A DNA stretch of 32,000 bases from Promethearchaeota archaeon (GCA_030606485.1 JAUWGH010000002.1:457667-489666); one strand, 5' to 3'; counted from the stretch's first letter, positions 1 to 11,800 are shown. The notes: generated from the letters alone by a model not told the origin. A program made the numbers and translations.

Positions 1-1
1 A

Positions 2-1150
2 AATTCTATAAAGATAGCGAATCTGAATGTTCCGATCTTAATTCAAGCCTCATCTGATGATATAAACCAAATGGATCGAAAATTTAGAAGAGATGCTTTT
101 TGTGGAAAAATTTCGGTCTGCAATAACCTATATCAATATGCAATTCCTTTTACTTTAACTAAATCTCACACATGTCCAATTAATTCAAAAGATTTCAAGA
201 ATGATATTATAAAGTTTGAAGCAATCTGTAGAATCGTTTATAAAGTAAAAAATGCGAGATTGGGACAAATTGGAACAAGACCAGCGGCTTTCAATACGGT
301 TCGATATAGTGAAAAGATTTTAGAAAAAAATGGAATTTCCGTAGAACCGATAGATTTATCAGAAATTCTGGCTGCAATAAATACCTTAAGCAATGATGAT
401 ATATATGTAAAAGAGACAGTGGAATATATAAAAAACTATACAGAAACTAAGATATTCCCTGAAGAAGGTATAATAAAATTAGCCAAATTAACTGTAGTTA
501 TAAAAAATTGGGTAGAGGAGAATGATTTAGATGGTTTTGCATTTCAATGTTGGCCTAGCATTCAAGATAATTTTGGGATTGTGCCTTGTGCAGTATTAAG
601 TATGTTTAGTGAAGGATTAATACCAGGAGCATGTGAAGTAGACATTTCTGGTTTAATAGGAATGCTTATATTACAATTAGCTTCGGGAAGCCCTTCAGCA
701 ATACTGGATTGGAATAATAATTATAAATATGAAGAAGATAAAATGGTAACATTTCATTGTTCAAATCTACCGAGATCATTTTTAAAAGAAGCAGAAATTA
801 CAACTCATCCAATTATTTCTGATGGAAAAGGTGCAGAAAAATCATTCGGCGCTATACAAGGTAGAATTCCTGCTGAATCTTGTACTTTTCTTAGAATTGA
901 AACCGATGACATCAATGGAAAAATAAAAGGAATATTAGGTGAGGGAAGATATACCGAAGATCCTCTACAAACTTTCGGTGGTTATGGCGTTCTTCAAATT
1001 TTACATTTACAGAAATTATTAAAGAAATTATGTAAGAATGGATTTGCCCATCATGTTGCAGCTACTTTAAATAAAGTAGGGGATATAGTATATGAAGCGT
1101 TAACAACATATTTAGGATGGGATATTGATTATCATACCGGAAATCTGTAA
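2..1150 (+). CDS. L-fucose/L-arabinose isomerase family protein, 5'-truncated by the window edge
   Basis: The frame is open from base 2 (NSIKIANLNVPILIQASSDDINQMDR...), so ATG 71 is internal. Family-type motifs: RRDAFCGKISVCNNL, GTRPAAFNTVRYSE, QCWPSIQ, ACEVD, FHCSNLP, GFAHHVA. Confidence 0.8.
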   Translation, partial: NSIKIANLNVPILIQASSDDINQMDRKFRRDAFCGKISVCNNLYQYAIPFTLTKSHTCPINSKDFKNDIIKFEAICRIVYKVKNARLGQIGTRPAAFNTVRYSEKILEKNGISVEPIDLSEILAAINTLSNDDIYVKETVEYIKNYTETKIFPEEGIIKLAKLTVVIKNWVEENDLDGFAFQCWPSIQDNFGIVPCAVLSMFSEGLIPGACEVDISGLIGMLILQLASGSPSAILDWNNNYKYEEDKMVTFHCSNLPRSFLKEAEITTHPIISDGKGAEKSFGAIQGRIPAESCTFLRIETDDINGKIKGILGEGRYTEDPLQTFGGYGVLQILHLQKLLKKLCKNGFAHHVAATLNKVGDIVYEALTTYLGWDIDYHTGNL

Positions 1151-1155
1151 TTTTT

Positions 1156-2238
1156 TCATTTTCCTCTTAGGATTTCTATCGTTTTATTAAAGAATCCTGA
1201 ATTAAAAACTTTCAAAGTCTTTTCATTTTTTATAGCCAACAATTCTATTGGATAATAATCATTATCTCTGGAATTTCTAACTCTTTGTTTTAAAAATTTT
1301 TGTATGGCAATTGAGATAGCATATTTTGAATTATCACATCCAATCCATTTACGATTTAACTTCTCTGCCACATGTAAAGTTGTTCCAGAACCGCAAAAAA
1401 AATCTGCAATTAAATCACCCTCATTACTCCCTATCTGAATTAATCGCTCTAATAACATTGGATGTTTTTGAGTAGGATATCCAGTCCATTCTGAAGAAGC
1501 TGGTTGAATACATGGTATCCGCCAAACATCATCGGCTTTTTTATCATGAACAATTCTGTATTTTACATGACCATTTTCATCCTTTACATTCTTTAAGACA
1601 CCATTTACCGATTCTCGCATTAATTGTTTTACAGGTTTATCTCTAAGAATGCGGAATTCATTAAAAGTATAAGATTTTCCTTTAGAATAAATTAAAATAT
1701 TATCATGAGCTCTTGGAAGATTTTTCTTTCCAGCTGAATATTTATTGTAGTAATACCATATAATTTCATTAACAAATCTATCCTTTCCGAAAATTTCATC
1801 CAATATTGCTCTTATGTAATGTGAAACGTGCCAATCTAAATGAATAATAATAAGACCATTACTTGTTAAAAGTTCTTTCATTAAAATTAAACGTTCATAC
1901 ATCATTTGGAGATATATGTCTAAATTCTTTCCCCAATTATCTTTATACCCAAATTCCTTAAGTATATTTCCATCCATCCGAATTTTTAAAATATAATCAG
2001 AACCCGTTGCAAAGGGAGGATCAATATAAATTAAATTAATTTTATCTGTAAATTTTGAGAGTAAATAGAAAATTACAAGCTTATTATCCCCCCAAAAAAG
2101 TTTATTAGACCAGACATTAATCATTTCACCGGAAGAATTAATTGGTCTAATTAACTTTACTCTCTCGAAGGTTATGCTATTATCCTTTAATTCATTAACG
2201 TCTAAATCTTTTTTATTAGTCCAAGAGAGTCTAACCAT
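1156..2238 (-). CDS. N6-adenine/N4-cytosine DNA methyltransferase, beta class (Mod-like)
   Basis: Catalytic motif IV IYIDPPF lies N-terminal to SAM-binding motif I DFFCGSGTT; GDNK and YPTQKH motifs also present. Confidence 0.9.
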   Translation of the reverse strand: MVRLSWTNKKDLDVNELKDNSITFERVKLIRPINSSGEMINVWSNKLFWGDNKLVIFYLLSKFTDKINLIYIDPPFATGSDYILKIRMDGNILKEFGYKDNWGKNLDIYLQMMYERLILMKELLTSNGLIIIHLDWHVSHYIRAILDEIFGKDRFVNEIIWYYYNKYSAGKKNLPRAHDNILIYSKGKSYTFNEFRILRDKPVKQLMRESVNGVLKNVKDENGHVKYRIVHDKKADDVWRIPCIQPASSEWTGYPTQKHPMLLERLIQIGSNEGDLIADFFCGSGTTLHVAEKLNRKWIGCDNSKYAISIAIQKFLKQRVRNSRDNDYYPIELLAIKNEKTLKVFNSGFFNKTIEILRGK

Positions 2239-2288
2239 TTTATTATTCCTAAATAGTAGATAATATTTTCAAAAATTTGCATTTGAAT

Positions 2289-5200
2289 CTAATAATTATA
2301 AGAGCCTTGATTTTCAGGATAAATAAACTCGAATTTATTAGTGAGTGATTTATGATTAAGCCATTTTTTTATGTTTTTATCCCAGAGATGACAATCCAAT
2401 GGATTCGGATGTTTGAATTTATCAAATAAATTATTAACAAAAAGATCTCCTTTAACTAAATCAAAAAATAAAAGATAATGTTCTATTTTAAAATAATTGA
2501 ATAATTGAGTAATAATTTTCTTAAAATGATTGAAAGCGGAATCTGGTAAATAAAATTTCAAAAATAATCCATTTTCAAATTTAATCATTTTATCTTCTTC
2601 TTTAAAATAATATTCCCCCTCTATTTCATAAATGAATCCATAATTAAGGAAATTAAAAATCTTAATAATTATTTCGATTTGTTCGCGTGTCAAATCTGGA
2701 ACAATTGCATAAAATTTAAATTTAAGACCCGTATTTTCTCTAAGTTTTATTTGGGGAAAAATTAATTTTTTATTAATCAAATCTTTAATGTTATTTAATC
2801 TGGATTTATGTCTTAATTTTATCATATCCAAAAAATTTTGACCATTTAAATCTATGATATTTTGAAAATCTTGGTCGAATTTTCCTTTAATATTTTTTTC
2901 ATCTCTTTCAGAAACATTAAAAACTTTACAATCTATAGAAGGATCAAAATTTTTATCAAATAATATTTTTTGAACAAATATTTCAAAAGTTTGGTATCCA
3001 AAATAAAAGCCATCAGGGCTAATATTAAAATTAAAATTCAAAATTGGAATGATTTTTTTAACTGAAAATGATAAATATTCATCAATTTCTCTTTTACTTT
3101 TTAAAACCCAGTTCAAATATGAGAAATTAGGATTTTTGGAAGGAAATATATATTTAAAAAGATAAGAATTTGCACTTTCCAATGAACAAGTGTATTTTAT
3201 GCTCTTGAATCCTAATGGAAATAGCATCTTCCATTCAATTTCATTAGGAATACTTGGTTTTATGTATAAGTAAAAATTTTCTAAACCGAATTTTTGATAC
3301 GAAGGAATAAGTTTAATATTTTCAATATTTTTTGAATGTTTAATAATGTTTGAAAGATCATCACTTTTTACAAGTTTTTCTTCAAGATTATTGTGTAAAT
3401 CTTCAATTTCTTGAGAGATTTCTAAATTTAATGTTATTTCTTTTTTTAATTTTAGATTTTTTGAATAAGTTTCAAAAGAAATTTTTTTAACCAAATCAGT
3501 GTTAAAATTAGTGAGTTCTATACTCTCTTCCTTATGATATGAAGATATTTTGCGATCTTTAATAAGAGAGATACTAAATTTTGATAATTCATCAAAAAAA
3601 TCTTTACTATAAAAGAAATCATTATTTTCAACATCAAAGAAATTTTCTAAGCTGAAAATTGAAATTATGTATGAATCAATAAATTGTTTAAAGAGAATGA
3701 GATCATGATTAAATAATTTGTAAATTAGACCCAATAAATTTATTTTTTCATTGTCATTTAACTCAATACAATATAAATATAGAAAAGTGTATTTTTCCCC
3801 GGAAATTAGGTCAATGCTTCTATTTATGACTACTCTTGGAAAAATATCCTTAAGAGAATTAATCTTTTTTTCTGTTGTTACAGAATCCTTTATTAATAAA
3901 GTATAAAAAATTGGGCAGATTTTTCTGGCAGAAATGGAAGTAATTAAAAATGGAACTGCTCCTGGAGGGTCAGATTGAACAGTTTGAGTTAATCTCGCAT
4001 CAATATCTTGAAAAGTAATTTTTTTTAATCTATACTCCTTTAGGATTTTTTGGATTTTTTGAAATTTTGTAGTATAAATATTTTCTGCTAATTCTTTTTT
4101 TGTTAAAATGGCTTCAATCACTTTTAAATTAAATATTTTCAGATTCTCTGATGTTTTAAGTAATTGTAAAAAGTTTTCATATTCACTCTTCTCATGCAGA
4201 AAATTAGAATTGTTCATAAAATACACTGAAAATAAGTTAAATAAATTCTTCTTGAACTGAGAGTAATTATATTCAATATTTTCATCAAACTTTGGACCGA
4301 TTCCGTTTTGTTCAATGAAATCAAATAGCATAATTTCATTTTTTAGTTCTGGGTGAGTTTTTAGAATTTTTTCTGTGAGATCTATTAATTTTAAAAAGAA
4401 AGAAATTTGTTCCTTAATATAAAAAAATCCGAAATTTTTATTTGAATCGATTAATGTGAGGAATTTTCGTTTTAATTCCGGGTCTTCGTAAAAAATATTC
4501 AAAATCTTTTTTAAATCCTTAATAATATTTTTTTGAGTTAATAAATAACTAAATACATCACTTTTCACTTTCTGTAATTGCTTCCATTTTTCCTCAAAAC
4601 TAAAACCAGTTGTTGCAAACCATCTAATCCTATTGAGGAGTATAATATCAAATAGATCCATAACCTTTTCTTCTTTAGAAGTGTATTTTAAAGAAGGAGA
4701 AAATATTAAATGTTCGTTAAAATCCTTATCTCCTCTCAGTAATAACTTTTTATTCAAAATATTTTTTTTAAAGTAATTTAGGTTTAGGAAATTTTCATGG
4801 AAAACAAATTTTAACAAAAAAAATTTCTTGATAATTCCATAATTAATTAAGGTTTTAAAAAATTTTTTTAAATCATCAATATATTTCATAGGGATTACAA
4901 AAATTCCTGTAACTTCAACCCCAAACTTTGATTCTTGAGTTCTATTTACCCAATAAAATGGTAAATGTTGTAGAATTTTTTGTACCTTATAATTTCCAAG
5001 TTGAGGGTTAAAAAATATATAACAATAAACCATATTACAAAAATAATACTGCCAATTAATTTGATAATTTGGGGAAATCACATTTTGAGGTAAAAAAGTC
5101 TTAAAATACCGATTAAATTTCTTTGGAGTAAAAGAGGTATTAATTTTTTGCTCTAATTTTAATTTTTTAAACATATTTTCAAAATCCGCTCTTCTCGTAT

Positions 5201-5831
5201 AGCGTTTTGTTATTTGAAAAATACCGTATATTAATGAAAAGAATTCTAATTCATCTTCATTCTCAAAATAACCTTGTATTATGTTTTGTGTCATAATATC
5301 GCGAAATAGATTATATTCCACATCGAGATTCAAAAAAAGAGATGAATGTTTATGAATGTAATCAAATAGATTTTTTAAATTTTTTATTATAAAATCGCCA
5401 AATCTAAATTTCCACCATGCATATAAAGGATCTGTTTTGAAGTAATTTTCCCATTCATTAAAATTCGGAAGTCTATTTAATAGATCTGAAACCTTTACTA
5501 ACACTATCGTTTTTAACAATGAATAATTCTGTAAAGGGATTGGTATAAAAAGGTAAAATGACTCTCGTAGGAGAATAAATTTTATTATTTTCTGCATATC
5601 TGAATGGATCTGCAGAGTAATTTTTTTATTTTGTTTGGAAGTTCTTTTAACACCAAAATCAAACCTTTCATTTTCAAAATTTGCTAAGTAATCAATTTTT
5701 GAAATAAAAACTTTTTGAGGGTGAATTGATGGTTTTCTTTTTAGATATTCTTCTAATTCTTCCAAACAATAATTAAACCAATATTCTACATTGTCGGGAG
5801 AAATCGTATTTTTAATAAATTCTTCTAGCAT
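2289..5831 (-). CDS. Large hypothetical protein (1180 aa), possibly with repeated Lrp/AsnC-like alpha/beta modules
   Basis: Long uninterrupted ORF with no clear enzyme motif. Several segments begin with a P-x-Y/W-xx-(F)GL-like linker followed by alternating beta/alpha patterns. Confidence 0.75.
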   Translation of the reverse strand: MLEEFIKNTISPDNVEYWFNYCLEELEEYLKRKPSIHPQKVFISKIDYLANFENERFDFGVKRTSKQNKKITLQIHSDMQKIIKFILLRESFYLFIPIPLQNYSLLKTIVLVKVSDLLNRLPNFNEWENYFKTDPLYAWWKFRFGDFIIKNLKNLFDYIHKHSSLFLNLDVEYNLFRDIMTQNIIQGYFENEDELEFFSLIYGIFQITKRYTRRADFENMFKKLKLEQKINTSFTPKKFNRYFKTFLPQNVISPNYQINWQYYFCNMVYCYIFFNPQLGNYKVQKILQHLPFYWVNRTQESKFGVEVTGIFVIPMKYIDDLKKFFKTLINYGIIKKFFLLKFVFHENFLNLNYFKKNILNKKLLLRGDKDFNEHLIFSPSLKYTSKEEKVMDLFDIILLNRIRWFATTGFSFEEKWKQLQKVKSDVFSYLLTQKNIIKDLKKILNIFYEDPELKRKFLTLIDSNKNFGFFYIKEQISFFLKLIDLTEKILKTHPELKNEIMLFDFIEQNGIGPKFDENIEYNYSQFKKNLFNLFSVYFMNNSNFLHEKSEYENFLQLLKTSENLKIFNLKVIEAILTKKELAENIYTTKFQKIQKILKEYRLKKITFQDIDARLTQTVQSDPPGAVPFLITSISARKICPIFYTLLIKDSVTTEKKINSLKDIFPRVVINRSIDLISGEKYTFLYLYCIELNDNEKINLLGLIYKLFNHDLILFKQFIDSYIISIFSLENFFDVENNDFFYSKDFFDELSKFSISLIKDRKISSYHKEESIELTNFNTDLVKKISFETYSKNLKLKKEITLNLEISQEIEDLHNNLEEKLVKSDDLSNIIKHSKNIENIKLIPSYQKFGLENFYLYIKPSIPNEIEWKMLFPLGFKSIKYTCSLESANSYLFKYIFPSKNPNFSYLNWVLKSKREIDEYLSFSVKKIIPILNFNFNISPDGFYFGYQTFEIFVQKILFDKNFDPSIDCKVFNVSERDEKNIKGKFDQDFQNIIDLNGQNFLDMIKLRHKSRLNNIKDLINKKLIFPQIKLRENTGLKFKFYAIVPDLTREQIEIIIKIFNFLNYGFIYEIEGEYYFKEEDKMIKFENGLFLKFYLPDSAFNHFKKIITQLFNYFKIEHYLLFFDLVKGDLFVNNLFDKFKHPNPLDCHLWDKNIKKWLNHKSLTNKFEFIYPENQGSYNY

Positions 5832-5871
5832 ACTATAATATTATAAAACTTAATCTTATTTTTATTTTAAT

Positions 5872-6396
5872 TCATTTTTCTCTTAGGTCTAAATCATAAT
5901 ACTCCAAATCTTCTAAAGTATTACTGACCTTTACAAAATCTTTTACAACACATCTAAATTTAAAATTTAGTTTATTGAGAAGATATTTCATATTTAAATT
6001 TCTTGATAAAGTATTACAAGTAATCCATTCAAAACCTTTATCTTCAATTTGTTTTATTGTTTCTGAAAAAAAATGCGTACCGATTCCTTTTTTTCTATAT
6101 TTACTCTTAATAATCACTCCCATATTAACAGATTTTGGAAATATCGGGTTAAAATCGTTTATTACCGCATATTCACAAATACCAATAATATCTTTCTTAT
6201 AATCTTTATTATTAGAGTAAATTACATTAACATAATATTTCGGATTTTTCAGTTGCTCGAAATAGATGTTTTGGGGTATCTTAACTGCAAATGAATCGGA
6301 GTAATAGTCTTCAAAAAGTTCCCATAACAAATCCCTTAATTCAAATTTTTCTTTATGTTCTAAAGTTTTGAATTTTAATGAATCAATAATTGCCAT
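5872..6396 (-). CDS. GNAT family N-acetyltransferase
   Basis: Acetyl-CoA binding motif A (IIKSKYRKKGIGT) and motif B (NLNMKYLLNKLNF). Confidence 0.85.
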   Translation of the reverse strand: MAIIDSLKFKTLEHKEKFELRDLLWELFEDYYSDSFAVKIPQNIYFEQLKNPKYYVNVIYSNNKDYKKDIIGICEYAVINDFNPIFPKSVNMGVIIKSKYRKKGIGTHFFSETIKQIEDKGFEWITCNTLSRNLNMKYLLNKLNFKFRCVVKDFVKVSNTLEDLEYYDLDLREK

Positions 6397-6627
6397 TGTA
6401 ATATTCTCATTATAATGAATAAATGAATTCTAAGATATTGTTATTCATTAGATGTATTAAAACCATCTATTTTCAATAATTTTTTCTATATCTTAAGAAT
6501 TTTTAATATTTTAAAGTTTTATTAAGAGTAAGAGTTATAATTTAATTTTTCTTATTAAAAAATTATTTAAATTCCGGTATTATATTCAAGATTAAGTTTA
6601 ATAAAAAAAAAATTTAAACTGATAATT

Positions 6628-7608
6628 ATGGGATTTATTTCTGGATTAAAAGAATTATTAAAAAAAGGAATTTTTGCTTTTATCTTATTATCGTTTATTC
6701 TAGCTTGGTTTCTAATCTTGTTCGGAATAACTTTTATTCCTACTGCAAATTTTCACATTTTTGCAGGGTGGTTTATTGCCATTTTAATTGGATTTAACAT
6801 TGTTTTATTTATTTTTTCATTTTTTAAATCTGTTGATAAAATGGGAACAGCTTTAATAATAATTGCATTTATAATTTCATTACCCTTATTAATTATTTTT
6901 ACTTCAATCGTTGGATTTTTTTTTATATTTTGCTTCTTCGCAAATCTCATTTTAACATCATTTTTTTACTTTAAAGTTTCAATAGACTCCGCTACTAAAG
7001 TAGATGATTATTTATATAAAAAGAAAGGCTCCAGAAAAGTAACACGAACACTAGAATTTTTAATTTTTGGAATTCTTGATTTTTGGTTATTAATAATCAC
7101 AGCTAATTTTTTTGTGAGTTTAAACCCAGCAAGCTTTATCATATTCCAAATTATTTTCTATGTAAATTTAATATTAATAGTCTTTGTAATATTACAACTT
7201 TTATTTACAAAAAAATTCGCTGCATATATCACCTTATTTTTTCTATTATCATTATTTTATATTATTTACATATTTGTTGATATATTAGCTGAATTAATTT
7301 TCACTGGTCTTGGAACCTATACTTGGATTTCATTCTTCATTGATTTAATTCTATTTTTATATATTATTGGGGCGATTTACGACAGAGTTGATTACTTAAA
7401 AGAAAAACTCAAAATATTTAGAGCTGATACGATTGCTTTATTCGTTATAATAATAAAGCTCCTCGTTCAAATTAATGAATTATTGAATTTAGGGGCTCCA
7501 CCAAATGTCGCTGAAGAATTGATGGTGTTATATGTATTTATTGCGTTTAATTTGCTGATTGGAATTTATTCGATTTTTGCTCATAAAGAGGGAAAAACTG
7601 GAAAATAA
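6628..7608 (+). CDS. Polytopic membrane protein of unknown function
   Basis: 326-aa ORF with roughly 9-10 hydrophobic segments. Confidence 0.8.
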   Translation: MGFISGLKELLKKGIFAFILLSFILAWFLILFGITFIPTANFHIFAGWFIAILIGFNIVLFIFSFFKSVDKMGTALIIIAFIISLPLLIIFTSIVGFFFIFCFFANLILTSFFYFKVSIDSATKVDDYLYKKKGSRKVTRTLEFLIFGILDFWLLIITANFFVSLNPASFIIFQIIFYVNLILIVFVILQLLFTKKFAAYITLFFLLSLFYIIYIFVDILAELIFTGLGTYTWISFFIDLILFLYIIGAIYDRVDYLKEKLKIFRADTIALFVIIIKLLVQINELLNLGAPPNVAEELMVLYVFIAFNLLIGIYSIFAHKEGKTGK

Positions 7609-7678
7609 TATATTTTATTAATTCACTATTTTTTTATATATCTAATATTTAAATTCTCGGTAGATCACAAAGCTTTGT

Positions 7679-8182
7679 ATGGATGATAGAATTGATGATC
7701 TTTACAATAAACTTGGACAATTATTTGTAGCAGTGGAAAAAATAACTGATGATGTTGCATTAATAAAAAATAATCTTGATACGATTTCTAAGACTAAGGG
7801 ATCATTTGGTTTAAAAGCGATTGCAAAATCAAGCCTTCTAAAAGATTTTGAACCTATTGAAGGTATAGGGACTGGAACTAAAAGATATAAATTATTTTTC
7901 AGATTTATTAAGGATGAGTGGAAATCAACTGTAAATGATTTTCTGATTGGCGTAAAACAACAAGATCGTAGTTCTAATTATGATTTAAAAGCATTGGGTA
8001 TAAGAATTCATATTAATGATACACGAAAATTACGACAATTAGCTAAACAAGTTATTTCACTCCTCCATATTTCATGTGAGATTAATAGTATTGATAGTAC
8101 TACTATTTTACGTGAGATTATCCAAGAGATAAACGCAAAAAGTGATGCTATGGTTAGAGAGATAAGGGAAAAAATTCATTAG
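7679..8182 (+). CDS. Hypothetical protein (N-terminal coiled coil, small alpha/beta domain)
   Basis: 167-aa ORF with ATG start, preceded by an AT-rich tttatata element about 45 nt upstream. Confidence 0.7.
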   Translation: MDDRIDDLYNKLGQLFVAVEKITDDVALIKNNLDTISKTKGSFGLKAIAKSSLLKDFEPIEGIGTGTKRYKLFFRFIKDEWKSTVNDFLIGVKQQDRSSNYDLKALGIRIHINDTRKLRQLAKQVISLLHISCEINSIDSTTILREIIQEINAKSDAMVREIREKIH

Positions 8183-8806
8183 CACAAGTAAAAATCTATA
8201 TATATAATTACAATTTTAGATTCTCTTTATATATGATTACTACACTGGAAATCTTAGAATGGCATCATTATTGCACAACATCAATTTGTATTAGCCATCC
8301 TTTTGAGATATTGAATTCCATTCTTAGATGATGCCAAATATTTTTAGCAAATATATCTGAAGTACATATTTAAAGGTCTTAGTTGCCGAGAAGAAGATCA
8401 ATAAAAAACAAGACTTTTTAAAAAGAATTTTCTTTAGAGTATCATTTTGAGTTATTTACTACGTCATTTCTTATAGAATATAAAGAGTTTAAATATTATC
8501 TGAACATAAATAAAAATTATCAAAGTGAATTTACAATATTGTTAACAAAATTATCATGAATAAAATTTTAAAAATTCTCTATAAAGAAATTATAAAACAA
8601 TAATACTATTCCTTATATCAATTAGTCATTTTATAGATCGAGGTTTTTATTAATTTTTTAAATTTTTCACTATTTCTTTCATTGAAATGAAAGATTTTTA
8701 TATTAAAAAACCGAATATATATCAAAGTTAAAAACGAGATTTTAAATAGATTTCCTCTAAGAACTAATTAATCCAATTATAAATTCATCTTAAAAATAAT
8801 TTAATA

Positions 8807-11800
8807 ATGCCTGATTCGAAGCGTAAAATAAGGCGCAAATATGTTTTATCTTCAATTATAATTGTTTTCATATTGTTTTCTTGTTTTTATCAGATTAAAA
8901 ACTCTTATTACTATTCCAGTGAGAATTATAGACCTATAAACACAAGTAATGGCCATGAACGGATTTTTATTGATGGAGATGCTACTGGAGTAGGTGCCCA
9001 AAATTGGACTTATGCGTTACAGCAAAATTGGTGTACTGGATCTGGAACTTGGGATGAACCATATATTATAGAGAATAAAAGAATAGATGGTCAGGAAATA
9101 GGAAACTGTATTGAAATAAGAGATTCCATAGCTTATTTTCAAATAAAGAATTGCACTCTCTATAATTCTAGCATAACGACGTCGGGAATACAATTAACAT
9201 ACGTTGATAATGGAATCATATTAAGCAATAATTGTTCTTTTAATAATGGTAATGGTATAGATATTTTTATGTGTGATAACAATACCGTAATAAATAATAC
9301 TGTGAGCAATAACACACTTTCAGGCATAAATTTGACTACCTTTAGCCACGATAACAACATTACCGGTAATCTTGTTAAAAATAATTTAAAAGATGGTATA
9401 AAAATTGGAAAAGAATTATTTTCAAACTGTAATGACAATATCCTTTCTAATAATTCAGTGATATCAAACGATGGTAATGGTATATCGATATTAAGTGATT
9501 ATAATGATCTTCTTAACAATAGCGTTTTATATAATAAATTAAATGGTATTTTTTTGAATCAAAGCCGTTATGGAAATATATGGAAAAATAATTGTTCTTA
9601 CAATTATGACTCTGGAATTTTAATTGATCGAGGTGATTATAATAATATTTCAGGTAACGAAATCAGTTATAATTACAAAGGTATTGATATTTCAGGGTTG
9701 TGGTTTTGGGAAGAATGTTTAGATAATGAGATCTCTAATAATAATATACATAATAATAGGGGAGGAGGGATTGAACAAGATTATTGTAAAAATACAATAA
9801 TTTCAAATAATAACTTTACTAACAACAAATTATATGGGGGATATAATAATAATAATACAAAGATTTATAAAAATACTTTCGAAAATAGTGGGATTTACTC
9901 ACATGATAGCAATTACTCAGTTATCTATGACAATAAAATAAACGCTAGTGATGATTATTGTATAAATATAAATCGGGCTTATTATTCCAATATAACGGGA
10001 AACACGATATATAATGGCGGCATATATTATGGAGGTATTCGCATTAATGAATGTAATTCTTCAATTCTTTCTAATAATACTTTAGACTTGAATACAAAAA
10101 AGGGAATTTATATATATTTAAGTAATCACACGACTTTGACTCAAAACAAAATGTATAATTGTGGTATCAAATTCGAGGATTCGTTAGAAAGCGCTTCTAC
10201 TTCTAATATTGATGCATCGAATACCATTAATGGTAACCCTGTGTATTTTTATTATAACAAATCCAACTTAAAACCAATTAATTTTACTGACGCAGGGCAA
10301 GTAATAGCGATTTATTGTAATGATTCGATTTTATCTAATTTTAACATCAGTTCTATTTTAAGCGGAATTTCAATGCATTTTTGCAAAAACATCTCTATTT
10401 CAGAAGTAAATATTAGTGAAAACGATTATGGTATTTATCTAAGCCAATGTATTAATATTACGATGAATAATATCACTCTTTCAGATAACGAATATGGAAT
10501 CTACCTTCCAAACAGTAATAATACAGTCATTTCAACGATCACATCTTTATTTAACGAGTACGGTATTATTTGTTATAGAAACCACAATATTACTATAAAC
10601 GAATGTAATATTAATTATAGCGAATATGGAATTATATCATCGGCTTGTAATAATATCAATCTTACTGGCAATACTATAGTCAATTGTGATTATGGTATTT
10701 ATACAACCTCAAATCGTAATGTCACTTTATGTTCAAATAGATTATTTAACTGTGGAGTAATATTAAATGATGTTATTTCAAATTTTTTAACTTATAAAAT
10801 AAATACCTCTAATAAGGTTAATAACAAACCTTTATATTTTTATACCAATAAACTTGGACTAAAACCTTTCAATTTTTCTAATGCGGGTCAAATAATATTA
10901 GTTAATTGTAATAACTCACGTATTTCGGATGTAAAAATGTCAAATTGTTCTCGTGGTGTTTCATTACTTTCTTGTAAAAACATTTCTATTTACAATGTTA
11001 CTTCAATAAATAATATAGATAGGGGTTTTTACTTAGGTGGAGGTTTTAACAACACTGTTCAAAAGTGTAATTTTTCATATAATTTAATTGGATTATATCT
11101 GGGAAATACACATAATAATACAATTTTAGAAACAAATACATCTCACAACACACAAGTGGGGATATATATTTCTGGAAGTAGAAATATCACTCTTATAGGA
11201 AATAGACTAAGTTACGACCTAGTGGGTATTAAGCTAGATAATAGTTATGATTGCAATCTTACAGATAATAATATGAAAAATTGCGGCATAGAAATTAAGG
11301 AATCTATTGACTGGGAAACTTATTCAACAAATTCTATTGATACAACAAATAAAGTAAATGGAAAAGATGTTTATTATTATTTTAATAAAACTAATCTAAA
11401 TTCAAATGATTTTATTAACGCAGGTCAAGTGATCCTTGTCAAATGCAACGACTCCTTAATAAATAACTTAAATATTACAAATATTTCTAATGGAATTTAT
11501 ATGTATTATTGCAATAATCATATTATTTCAAATTGTCAAATTACAAATAATAATTATGGAATTTATCTATATTTTGGGAATAATTTTTTACTAACAGGAA
11601 ATACCATAAATCGAAATTTTGTTGGTTTATCGTTAATCTCTAATAATAGTACAATAACTCAATGTGACTTTATAGAGAACAATCATTCCATTAGTGGAGA
11701 AGGAAGCAATAATCTAATTTATAACAATTATATTGACGGTAGTGCGTACCTTTGGCCTTCCAACAATTGGAATAATTCTTATGCAGGTAATTATTGGAGC

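Noticed and set aside
5975-6294. Plus-strand ORFs 5975-6202 and 6073-6294
   Set aside because: Antisense shadows of the GNAT gene with no motifs.
8183-8806. 625-nt intergenic region as a small gene or ncRNA; includes a 9-bp inverted repeat (tggcatcat ~8260, atgatgcca ~8328) and a 32-codon ORF at 8233
   Set aside because: No recognisable motif or stable GC-rich fold; a 9-bp match is unremarkable. Left unexplained.
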